This document shows, piece after piece, positions 36,989 to 45,476 of a DNA stretch of 64,000 nt. The notes beneath the pieces are model-generated. The model was not told the DNA's origin. It made no database searches and worked only from the letters and a program-made list of their open reading frames with translations. Position numbers and translations under genes: made by a program. Position 1 is the stretch's first letter, and each line of letters starts with the position of its first letter. The DNA comes from Acidimicrobiales bacterium (lineage in GTDB: Bacteria; Actinomycetota; Acidimicrobiia; Acidimicrobiales; Bog-793): assembly GCA_035625025.1 (NCBI GenBank), contig DASPQJ010000041.1:1679-65678 (forward strand). Reading direction: 5' to 3'.

Positions 36989-38362
36989 GTGACGGCCGTC
37001 GCCACCCGGCGCCGCGGGCAGCCCCGTCGCCGCACCGAAGCGGGACTGCTCGCGATGGGAGCCCTCGTCGTGCTCTCGGCGACCCTCATGGAGTCCCTCG
37101 CCACGACGGGGGCCCTCCCCGACCACGTGGTCGGCTTCCTCGCCTGCCTCGTTGCCATCGCCCTCGTCGTCCAGGCGGTGAACCGCTGGCTCGCGCCGGC
37201 CGCCGACCCGGTCATCGTGCCGGTCGCGCTCTTTTTGAACGGCCTCGGCTACGTGATGATCGAACGGGGCGACCCGAAGCTCGCCGGCCAACAGTTCGCC
37301 TGGACGATCGTCGGCCTTGCCCTCTACACGTCCGTCCTTTTCCTCATCAAGCGGAGCCGCGACCTCGAGCGCTTCCGCTACCTCGTCGCCGGCTGCGCCT
37401 TCGCCCTCCTCGTCGCGCCGCTCGTCCCCGGGCTCGGCGAGAAGATCAACGGGGCGTCCCTCTGGGTCCACGTCTCCTCGGTCGAGTTCCAACCCGTCGA
37501 GATCGCCAAGCTCCTCCTGGTGATCTTCTTCGCCTCGTATTTCATCGACAAGCGCGAGCTTCTGACGGTCCCGACCCGCCGCGTCGGCGATCGGCTCCTC
37601 CCCGACCTGAGGGCCTTCGGGCCGATCGTCATCGCCGGCGCCGTCGCCCTCCTCATCATCCTCGCCGAGCACGACATCGGCTTCTCGCTCCTGTTGTTCG
37701 TCGTCTTTTTGGTGATGATTTGGCTCGCGACGGGAAGGTGGACCTACGTCGTCGTCGGTCTCGCCGTCTTCGCTATCGGGACCTTCGTCGCGAGCCACCT
37801 GCTCGGTCAGCTGAACACGCGGATCGCGGACTGGATCAACCCCTGGGCGCATTCCAACGGGAGCGGCTTCCAGCCGATCCAGGGCGAGCTCGCCTTCGGG
37901 CGCGGGGGGATCTTCGGCACGGGGATCGGCTTCGGGATCGCGGTGCGCTCCGACGTGCTCCCCGTCTCGTCGAGCGACTACATCTTCGCCGTGATCGGCG
38001 AGGAGCTCGGCCTCGTCGGCGCCGCGGCGGTCGTCTGCTGCTACGCCATCATCGTCGGCGCGGGACTGCGCGCCGCGCGACGGGCCCGTTCCGAGTTCGC
38101 GCGCCTCGTCGCCGCCGGGCTGACGGCGACCCTCGGGCTGCAGGCCTTCCTCATCATGGCGGGCAACACGCGGCTGTTGCCGCTGACGGGCGTCACCCTC
38201 CCCTTCGTCTCCTACGGGGGGTCATCGCTCGTCGCCAACTACGCGCTCTTGGCGCTCCTCATGCGGATCTCCAACGAGGGCAATCAGCCGCCGGCCGAGC
38301 CGGCCCTGCCGAGCTGGTCGAGCAGCGCCGACACGACGGCGACGGTCGCCGCCGGTCCCTGA
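36989..38362 (+). CDS. SEDS-family peptidoglycan polymerase (FtsW/RodA/SpoVE)
   Basis: 457-aa track ORF with about 10 TM helices. Motifs: FQPVEIAKLLLVIFFASY, SDYIFAVIGEELGLVGA, PLTGVTLPFVSYGGSS. Confidence 0.9.
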   Translation: MTAVATRRRGQPRRRTEAGLLAMGALVVLSATLMESLATTGALPDHVVGFLACLVAIALVVQAVNRWLAPAADPVIVPVALFLNGLGYVMIERGDPKLAGQQFAWTIVGLALYTSVLFLIKRSRDLERFRYLVAGCAFALLVAPLVPGLGEKINGASLWVHVSSVEFQPVEIAKLLLVIFFASYFIDKRELLTVPTRRVGDRLLPDLRAFGPIVIAGAVALLIILAEHDIGFSLLLFVVFLVMIWLATGRWTYVVVGLAVFAIGTFVASHLLGQLNTRIADWINPWAHSNGSGFQPIQGELAFGRGGIFGTGIGFGIAVRSDVLPVSSSDYIFAVIGEELGLVGAAAVVCCYAIIVGAGLRAARRARSEFARLVAAGLTATLGLQAFLIMAGNTRLLPLTGVTLPFVSYGGSSLVANYALLALLMRISNEGNQPPAEPALPSWSSSADTTATVAAGP

Positions 38363-38883
38363 CGCAGCGCCAGGGCGACGGCGTCCGAGGGGCGGCAGGC
38401 GGCCACCACCTGGCCGTCGGAGGTCTCGACGGCGACCTCGGCGTAGAACGCGCCCCGCGTGCACCCGGTGATGCGCGCCGCGGCGATCGAGCCCCCCAGA
38501 CGGGCGACGAGATTGACGAACAGCTCGTGGGTGAGGGGCTTCGGAGTCGGCTGACCGCGCAGGGCAAAGCCGATCGCCGTGCCCTCGGCGAGCCCGATCG
38601 GGATCGTGAGCCGCCGGTGCGGCGGGGCGATCTCCTCCAGGATGAGGAAAGGGTTCGGGTTCGGAAGGACCATCGCGGCGTCGACGACCCGCACGGCGAT
38701 GAAGTCGTCGCCCGCCTCGGGCACCCCGTCGGGCCCGTCCCCGCCGGAACTGACCGGGTCTGCGGGCGGCGCTCCCGCCTCGACCGGGGCGGCGGCGGCC
38801 GTCTCGCCGGGGGCCGCGGCGAGCGCCGCTTCCTCGGCGGGAGAAAGGGTCTTGGCGATCGCTCGGCGCGGTCGTCGTGTCAT
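38284..38883 (-). CDS. bifunctional nuclease family protein (DUF151/BFN) with an Ala/Pro-rich N-terminal extension
   Basis: Distal 199 codons of track ORF 38284..39066. LILEEIAPPHRRLTIPIGLAEGTAIGFALRG..PLTHELFVNLV..AEVAVE matches the BFN pattern. ATG 38881-38883 overlaps the upstream SEDS gene's TGA (ATGA). The 3' end overlaps the convergent SEDS gene by 79 nt. Confidence 0.82.
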   Translation of the reverse strand: MTRRPRRAIAKTLSPAEEAALAAAPGETAAAAPVEAGAPPADPVSSGGDGPDGVPEAGDDFIAVRVVDAAMVLPNPNPFLILEEIAPPHRRLTIPIGLAEGTAIGFALRGQPTPKPLTHELFVNLVARLGGSIAAARITGCTRGAFYAEVAVETSDGQVVAACRPSDAVALALRQGPAATVAVVSALLDQLGRAGSAGG

Positions 38884-40037
38884 CGGGCACGGCTCCGGTG
38901 CAACTCGACGTTGACGACGAGGCCGGCCGCGACGAAGAAGGCGACGAGCGCCGAGCCCCCGTAGGAGATGAACGGAAGCGGGATCCCCGTGATCGGCATG
39001 ATCCCCGTCGCCATGCCGATGTTCTCGAAGACCGAGATGACGAGGAACGCCAGCACGCCGGCGCACAACAGGCGCCCGAGGGAGTCCCGGGCCACCTGGA
39101 TCGCCCGGAAGATGCGGTAGACGACGACGCCGTAGAGTCCGACGACGATGGCCGACCCGACGAAGCCGAGTTGCTCGCCGACCGCCGAGAAGATGAAGTC
39201 GGCGTACTGGTACGGGACGTAGGCGAGGCTCGTCTCGAGGCCGCGGTAAAGCCCCGTCCCGCGCACCCCTCCGGCGCCGATCGCCGTCTTCGACAGGTCG
39301 ACCTCGTAGTTGAGACCGCCGATCCCCGTGCTCGGATGGAGGAAGGCGGTCAGCCGGTCGAGCTGGTAGCTGCTGAACAAGTGGAGGGCGACCGCGGCGG
39401 CGAAGGCCGCCACCCCGAGCACGACGAGCGCGGCCAGGAAACGGAGGCGGACCCCGCCGACGTAGAGCATCACGAACAGCACCGCGGTCAGGAGGAGCGC
39501 GGTGCCGAGGTCCGGCTGCACGACGACGAGCAGAAGCGGGATCCCCGCCAGGGCGACGAGCGCCGCGATCGAGGGGAGGTTGAGCACCCGCTCATGGCGG
39601 CTCAGGTAGACCGCGATGACGGCGATGACGGCGAGGACGGCGAACTCCGACGGCTGGAACTGCACACCGGAGAACGAGATCCAGCGCTGGGCGCCGTTCT
39701 CGGTGTGGCCGAGGGCCTTCACGGCGACGAGGGCGGCGACGGCGGCGCCGTAGAGGACGTAGCCCCACTCCTCGAGCCGCCGGTAGTCGAAAAGGGCACA
39801 GAAGACCATCACCGCGACGCCGGTGGCGGCGTAGACGATCTGGCGCTTCAGGTAGTAGGCGGGCTCGGCCGGGTAGAACGAGCGCGTCGCCGAGTAGACC
39901 ATCACGGCCCCGAAGGCCGCGAGCGCCAAGATCGCCAGGACGAGAAGGAAGTCGATGTGGCGCAGGACGGCGAGGGCGGCGTTGTCCTCCCTGCGGCGCC
40001 CGAGGTGCGCACGCCGCCCGAGAGGATCGACCACCAC
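38880..40037 (-). CDS. SEDS-family peptidoglycan polymerase (RodA/FtsW-like)
   Basis: Distal 385 codons of track ORF 38880..40673, from GTG 40035-40037. Motifs: FQPSEFAVLAVIAVIAVYL, YADFIFSAVGEQLGFVGS, PITGIPLPFISYGGSA. Confidence 0.9.
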   Translation of the reverse strand: MVVDPLGRRAHLGRRREDNAALAVLRHIDFLLVLAILALAAFGAVMVYSATRSFYPAEPAYYLKRQIVYAATGVAVMVFCALFDYRRLEEWGYVLYGAAVAALVAVKALGHTENGAQRWISFSGVQFQPSEFAVLAVIAVIAVYLSRHERVLNLPSIAALVALAGIPLLLVVVQPDLGTALLLTAVLFVMLYVGGVRLRFLAALVVLGVAAFAAAVALHLFSSYQLDRLTAFLHPSTGIGGLNYEVDLSKTAIGAGGVRGTGLYRGLETSLAYVPYQYADFIFSAVGEQLGFVGSAIVVGLYGVVVYRIFRAIQVARDSLGRLLCAGVLAFLVISVFENIGMATGIMPITGIPLPFISYGGSALVAFFVAAGLVVNVELHRSRAR

Positions 40038-40116
40038 GACCCGACACGTTACCGGCCTGGATGCGAGGCGGAATTGCAGCGCGTCCCGCGGCCCCGCGAC
40101 CCAGGACCGGGACCGG

Positions 40117-40974
40117 TCACCTTTCTCGGGTGAGCCCCAGGGCCGCGAACATGGCGTCGAGCGGCGCCTCTTTCCCGGTGAAGAGCGCCACCTGACGGGC
40201 GGCCTGGTGCACGAGCACGCCGAGTCCGTTGCGCACCTGGGACCCTTGGGTTCCCGCCAGGGCAAGAAACTCGGTGACCCGGGGCTCGTAGACGACGTCG
40301 ACGACGAACTGGTCGGCGCCGAGGTGCCGGGTGATCGCTTCCCAACCGCCGGCGTATCCCGTGACGTCGCCGGCAAAGCCGACCGAGGTCGCCTGGACGA
40401 CGAGCGCGGCCAAGCCGACCTCGCCGGGCGCGGCCACCCGGCCCGCCGCGCCGGCGAGCGCGGCGGCGGTCTCGGCGTGCGAGGCGGTCCGGTTGACGAC
40501 GAGGATCTCGCGGGCCCCGGCGTCGCCGAGCGCGGCGACGATCGCCCGGGCCGTCGAACCGGCACCGAGGACGGCACAGACCTCGCCCGCGGGATCGAAC
40601 CCCCAGGTCTCGGCGAGGTCATCGACGAAGCCCCCGCCGTCCGTCGTCTCGGCCCGGGCGCCGCGTGATCCAAAGACGACGGTGTTCGCGGCGCCGATCC
40701 GCTCCACCTCCGCCGAGCGCTCGTCGCACGCCTCGGCGACGGCGATCTTGTGCGGCGTCGTCACCGACAGACCCCGCAGACCCCGGGCCGCGGCGGCGCG
40801 CAGCGCCTCCGGCACCTCGCCGACCGGCACCCGGAAGGCCCCGTAGGTCCAATCGAGACCGAGGGCGGCGTACGCCGCTCTGTGGATGAGCGGCGAGAGC
40901 GAGTGGGCGACCGGGTCACCGATCACACCAGCGGCGCAGCCCGCGACGGGGATCGCGCCCTCCTCGGCGATCAC
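40117..40974 (-). CDS. aroE: shikimate dehydrogenase
   Basis: Distal part of track ORF 40117..42195. Motifs: GVIGDPVAHSLSPLIHRAAY, GLSVTTPHK, NTVV, VLGAGSTARA. GTG 40972-40974 overlaps the ruvX TGA. GTG 40980 is an alternative start. Confidence 0.9.
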   Translation of the reverse strand: MIAEEGAIPVAGCAAGVIGDPVAHSLSPLIHRAAYAALGLDWTYGAFRVPVGEVPEALRAAAARGLRGLSVTTPHKIAVAEACDERSAEVERIGAANTVVFGSRGARAETTDGGGFVDDLAETWGFDPAGEVCAVLGAGSTARAIVAALGDAGAREILVVNRTASHAETAAALAGAAGRVAAPGEVGLAALVVQATSVGFAGDVTGYAGGWEAITRHLGADQFVVDVVYEPRVTEFLALAGTQGSQVRNGLGVLVHQAARQVALFTGKEAPLDAMFAALGLTRER

Positions 40975-41486
40975 GAGCACCGCTCCCGGTCGATGTAGGC
41001 CTGGAGGATCACCGCCGCCGCGCCGGCGTCGTCCGACACCCGGGTCGGCCGGGCCCGGGTCGGCCGACGACGCCCGAGGCGTCCCCGCGCCCCACCCCGG
41101 CGATCGGACGCCGCGCCGGCCTCCCGCCGGCGACGGCTCGCCTCGACCGTCGAGTAGCGCTCGTCGATCGTGACCACCGGGACCGCCAGGGCCCCGGCGA
41201 GGCGCGCTATCTCCGCGATCACCCGTCCCGCCGCCGGGCCGATCCGCCCGTCGAGGCTGAGGGGCACGCCGACGACGACGAGGGTCGCGCCGGTCTCGGC
41301 GACGAGGCCCGCGAGCGCGGCGTGATCGACCTCTTCCTCCCCGGAGCGCTCGACGACGCCCCGCGGCGTCGCGACGGTGCGGGCCGAGTCGCTCACCGCG
41401 ACGCCGATGCGCCCCGTCCCGAGATCGACGCCGAGACAGGGTCCCGGTCCCGCGGCTTCGGCCCTTTCGGGCGCCGGCCCGCTCAA
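40971..41486 (-). CDS. ruvX: YqgF/RuvX putative pre-16S rRNA nuclease / Holliday-junction resolvase-like protein
   Basis: 171-aa track ORF. Motifs: LGVDLGTGRIGVAVSD, LVVVGVPLSLDG, DERYSTVEA. The TTG start overlaps the alaS TGA. Confidence 0.88.
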   Translation of the reverse strand: MSGPAPERAEAAGPGPCLGVDLGTGRIGVAVSDSARTVATPRGVVERSGEEEVDHAALAGLVAETGATLVVVGVPLSLDGRIGPAAGRVIAEIARLAGALAVPVVTIDERYSTVEASRRRREAGAASDRRGGARGRLGRRRPTRARPTRVSDDAGAAAVILQAYIDRERCS

Positions 41487-44095
41487 CGCGACCCGAGAAG
41501 CGTGGCGAGCGCCGCCACGGCCTCGTCGAGCGCGGCCACGTCGCGGCCGCCCGCCGTGGCGAGCTCCGGCGAACCACCTCCGCCCCCGCCGACGACGGCC
41601 GCGGCCGCGGCGGCAACCGGACGGGCGTCGATCCCGCTCGCCTTCGTCGTCGCGACGACGATCGCGACCCGCCCGTCCTCGGTGGCGCCGGCGAGCCCGA
41701 CCGCCTCGACGCCACCGTGGCGCCGCGTCGCGAGGGCGAGCTCCCGCAGTCTCGTCGGGTCGACGCCGTCCCGTCGGGCGACAACTCGCCCGGCGCGGCC
41801 GGCCGCGGCGAGCTCGGCGGCCTCGGCCGCGAGCGAGCGCGACTCCAGCTGTCGCAGCTCGTCGGCGAGGGCCCGCTCCCGGGCGACCAGGCGCTCGATC
41901 GCCTCGACGAGCTCGTTCGGCGCCGTCCGCAGCGCAGCCGAGGCGGCGCTGACGACGGCCGCGAGCTTGCGGATCTCGGCGATCGACCCCGTGCCCGTCG
42001 TCGCCTCGATGCGCCGGGTGTTCGCCCCGATCGAGCTCTCCGAGACGATCCGGAACAGCCCGATCGTGCCGAGCGCCGCGACATGGGTGCCACCGCAGAG
42101 CTCGACCGACTCCGGTCCCGCTTCGACGACCCGGACGGTCTCGCCGTACTTCTCGCCGAAAAAGGCGATCGCGCCGGCGCGCTCGGCCTCGACACGGGAG
42201 GTCTCGCGGACGCGCACCGCAGAGTCGGCGAGGATCGCCGTCGCGACCATGTCCTCGACCCGGTGGAGCTCGTCGGGCGTGACCGCGGCGAAGTGGCTGA
42301 AATCGAAGCGCAGGCGGTCGGGGGCGACGAGCGATCCCTGCTGCTTCACATGCTCGCCGAGCACGGTGCGCAGCGCCCAGTGCAGAAGGTGGGTCGCCGT
42401 GTGGTTGCGCCGGATCGCGTCGCGGCGGGCGACGTCGATCGCGGCGGTGACCTCGGCCCCGGGAGCGAGCACGCCCTTCGTCACGTAGCCGGTGTGACGG
42501 GTGACCCCGTCGACAGACGTCGTGTCGAGGACGCGCAACTCCCCTGTCGCCGCCGAGATGGTCCCGGTGTCGCCGACCTGGCCCCCGCTCTCGGCGTAAA
42601 ACGGCGTCCGATCCAAGAACACGTCGACGAGCTCGACCCCTTGCGGCAGCGTCTCGCCGTCGACGTTCGCAAACCCCGCCCGATCCTCCCGGATCTCGAT
42701 CCCCACGACCCGCGCCTCCATCGAGGTCTCCGTGTAGCCGACGAAGACCGTCGGGCCGAAGGCCTCGAGGATCTCGCGCACGCCCTCCCGCTCGCCCTCG
42801 ACCGGGGCCTGGCGCGTCGCTTCGCGGCCGCGGCGGCGCTGCTCGGCCATCGCGGCCTCGAAGCCGGCCCGGTCGACTGCGACGCCGCGGGAGCCCGCAA
42901 CCTCGACCGTGAGGTCGATGGGAAACCCGTAGGTGTCGTGGAGCTTGAAGGCGGTCTCGCCGGCGAGCACCTGGCCGCCCTTTCCGAGCTCGGAGTCGAT
43001 GAGCTGCGATCCGGCGCGTAGTGTCCGGCGGAAGGCCTCCTCCTCGTGGCCGACGACCGTCCGCACGAGCGAGGCGTCGCGCCGAAGTTTCGGATAGGCC
43101 GTGCCGAGCGTCGCCACGACGGAGTCGGTGAGGTCGGGCAGGACGATCTCGCCGACGCCGAGCTGGTGGGCCCGCAACGCGGCGCGGCGCATGATGCGTC
43201 GCAGCACGTAGCCGCGGCCGTCGTTGGAAGGGAACACGCCGTCAGAGACGAGGAAGGTCATCGCCCGGGCGTGGTCGGCGAGGATGCGCAGCGCCACGTC
43301 GGTCGGTTCGTCCCGGCCGATCGGCGAGCGCGTGAGTTGGGCCGCGGCGTCGACAATCGGCGCCAGAAGGTCGGTCTCGAAGAGCGACCCGACGCCCTGG
43401 AGGAGGGTGAGGATCCGTTCCAGTCCCGCCCCGGTGTCGATGTTCTTGTTCGGCAGCTCCTTCATCGTCCCGTCGGCGAACCTCTCGTACTGCATGAAGA
43501 CGAGGTTCCAGATCTCGGTGTAGCGCTCGGAGTCGCCGTGGGCGGGACCCCCGGGGGCGCCGAAGCTGTCGCCGCGGTCGAAGTAGATCTCCGAGCAGGG
43601 CCCGCACGGACCGGTGTCGCCCATCTTCCAGAAGTTGTCCTCGCCCATCTTCTGGATGCGGCTGGCGGGCAGTCCCGCCGTCTCCCGCCAGATGCCGGCC
43701 GAGTCGTCGTCGGACTCGTGGATCGTGACCCAGAGCCGGTCGGGCTCGAAGCCGAGCACCTCGGTCACGAGCTCCCACGCGTACGGGATCGCGAGTTCCT
43801 TGAAGTAGTCGCCGAAGCTGAAGTTGCCGAGCATCTCGAACAGCGTCTCGTGGCGCGTCGTCGTCCCGATGATCTCGATGTCCGAGGTCCGAAAGCACGG
43901 CTGGATCGTCGTCGCCCGCGTGACGGGCGGTGTCTCGTCCCCCGTGAAGTACGGCTTGAACTGGACCATCCCGGCGATCGTGAACATGACCGAGGGGTCG
44001 ACGGGCACGAGGCTCGCGGCGCCGAGCGCGGTGTGGCCCCGTTCGACGAAAAAGCGCGTGAAGGCCGCCCGGAGCTGGTCGCTCGAGATCGTCAT
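41483..44095 (-). CDS. alaS: alanyl-tRNA synthetase
   Basis: Distal 870 codons of track ORF 41483..44278, from ATG 44093-44095. Motifs: FFVERGHT, FTIAGMVQFKPYF, GNFSFGDYFK, HTATHLLH, CGGTHV. Confidence 0.95.
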   Translation of the reverse strand: MTISSDQLRAAFTRFFVERGHTALGAASLVPVDPSVMFTIAGMVQFKPYFTGDETPPVTRATTIQPCFRTSDIEIIGTTTRHETLFEMLGNFSFGDYFKELAIPYAWELVTEVLGFEPDRLWVTIHESDDDSAGIWRETAGLPASRIQKMGEDNFWKMGDTGPCGPCSEIYFDRGDSFGAPGGPAHGDSERYTEIWNLVFMQYERFADGTMKELPNKNIDTGAGLERILTLLQGVGSLFETDLLAPIVDAAAQLTRSPIGRDEPTDVALRILADHARAMTFLVSDGVFPSNDGRGYVLRRIMRRAALRAHQLGVGEIVLPDLTDSVVATLGTAYPKLRRDASLVRTVVGHEEEAFRRTLRAGSQLIDSELGKGGQVLAGETAFKLHDTYGFPIDLTVEVAGSRGVAVDRAGFEAAMAEQRRRGREATRQAPVEGEREGVREILEAFGPTVFVGYTETSMEARVVGIEIREDRAGFANVDGETLPQGVELVDVFLDRTPFYAESGGQVGDTGTISAATGELRVLDTTSVDGVTRHTGYVTKGVLAPGAEVTAAIDVARRDAIRRNHTATHLLHWALRTVLGEHVKQQGSLVAPDRLRFDFSHFAAVTPDELHRVEDMVATAILADSAVRVRETSRVEAERAGAIAFFGEKYGETVRVVEAGPESVELCGGTHVAALGTIGLFRIVSESSIGANTRRIEATTGTGSIAEIRKLAAVVSAASAALRTAPNELVEAIERLVARERALADELRQLESRSLAAEAAELAAAGRAGRVVARRDGVDPTRLRELALATRRHGGVEAVGLAGATEDGRVAIVVATTKASGIDARPVAAAAAAVVGGGGGGSPELATAGGRDVAALDEAVAALATLLGSR

Positions 44096-44099
44096 GTCC

Positions 44100-45458
44100 T
44101 CACCGTGCCCGGTTCTCCTTGTCTTGTCCCCCGGACGCGGCGTCGTCGTGGAGGCTGCGCAGGATCGCAAGCCGCTCGGCGATCCCGGCCTCGGCGCCAC
44201 GGTCCGACGGCTCGTAGTAGTGCCGTCCGACGAGCTCCGCTGGGAGGTAGTCGGCTGCGACCCAGCCACGCGGGTCATCGTGAGGATACTCGTAGCCGAC
44301 GCCGTGCCCGAGCGACTCCGCCCCGGGGTAGTTCGCGCCCCGCAAGGCCGCGGGCACCGCCCCCAGCGGACCGTTCTCGACGTCGGACTGCGCCGCCCAA
44401 ATCGCCGCCGCGGTCCGGTTCGACTTCGGCGCCGTGGCGAGGTAGACGACCGCCTCGGCGAGGTTGAGCGCCGCCTCCGGCAGGCCGACCCGGTCGAGCG
44501 CCGCCGCGGCCGCTTCGGCGACGACGAGCGCCAGCGGGTCCGCCAGCCCGACGTCCTCGCTCGACAGGATCACGAGCCGCCGGGCGACGAAACGGGGGTC
44601 CTCGCCGGCGGCGAGGAGGCGGGCGAGCCAATAGACCCCGGCGTCGGGGTCCGAACCGCGCACCGATTTGATGAGGGCGCTGATGAGGTCGTAGTGGGCG
44701 TCGCGTCCGTGGCGCAGGGCCCGGGTCGTGCGCGCCGCCTCGACGTCGTCCCGGCCGATCACGAGCGCCGCGTCGGCGCGGGCGCGAGCGACGGCGATGG
44801 CGATCTCGAGCGTCGTCACCATCGCCCGGGCGTCGCCGTCGGCGAGGTCGCAGCACGCCTCGAGGCCGTCGGGCTCGATCTCGGCGTGTTCGAGGTCGAC
44901 GGCCCGGCGACCGAGCTCGGCGAGGTCTTCGCGGCCGATCGGCTCGAAGCGCCACAGCGTCGAACGGCTGAGCAACGGCGAGGTCAGCGAGAAGAACGGG
45001 TTCTCCGCCGTCGCCCCGATGAGCACGACGACTCCCTCCTCGACCCCCGGCAAGAGCGCGTCCTGCTGGGCGCGCGAGAAGCGGTGGATCTCGTCGAGGA
45101 AAAGGATCGTCCCCCGCCCCGTCGTCCCGAGCTGCCGCCGGGCCTCCTCGAGGGCGTCGCGGATGTCCTTCACCCCCGCCGAGGTCGCTGAGAGCTGTAG
45201 GAAGGCCTTCGCCGAGCGCGCCGCCACGATCCGGGCGAGCGTCGTCTTGCCGGAGCCCGCCGGCCCGAAAAAGACCGCCGACGACAGCCGGTCGGCCTCG
45301 ATGAGCGCCCGCAGGGTCGCCCCCGGTCCGACGAGATGGCGCTGGCCGACGAACTCGGCGAGCGTCGCCGGCCGCATCCGCGTCGCCAAGGGCGCGCGCC
45401 GGGACAACTCCTCGGCGGCGGCGGCCTCGAACAGGTCGGAGTTCGGTTTCCGGGCCAT
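44100..45458 (-). CDS. rarA: replication-associated recombination protein A (AAA+)
   Basis: 452-aa track ORF. Motifs: FFGPAGSGKTTLA (Walker A), ILFLDEIHRF (Walker B), LIGATAENP. Confidence 0.93.
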   Translation of the reverse strand: MARKPNSDLFEAAAAEELSRRAPLATRMRPATLAEFVGQRHLVGPGATLRALIEADRLSSAVFFGPAGSGKTTLARIVAARSAKAFLQLSATSAGVKDIRDALEEARRQLGTTGRGTILFLDEIHRFSRAQQDALLPGVEEGVVVLIGATAENPFFSLTSPLLSRSTLWRFEPIGREDLAELGRRAVDLEHAEIEPDGLEACCDLADGDARAMVTTLEIAIAVARARADAALVIGRDDVEAARTTRALRHGRDAHYDLISALIKSVRGSDPDAGVYWLARLLAAGEDPRFVARRLVILSSEDVGLADPLALVVAEAAAAALDRVGLPEAALNLAEAVVYLATAPKSNRTAAAIWAAQSDVENGPLGAVPAALRGANYPGAESLGHGVGYEYPHDDPRGWVAADYLPAELVGRHYYEPSDRGAEAGIAERLAILRSLHDDAASGGQDKENRAR

Positions 45459-45476
45459 CGCCGCAGTCCGGGGCCC

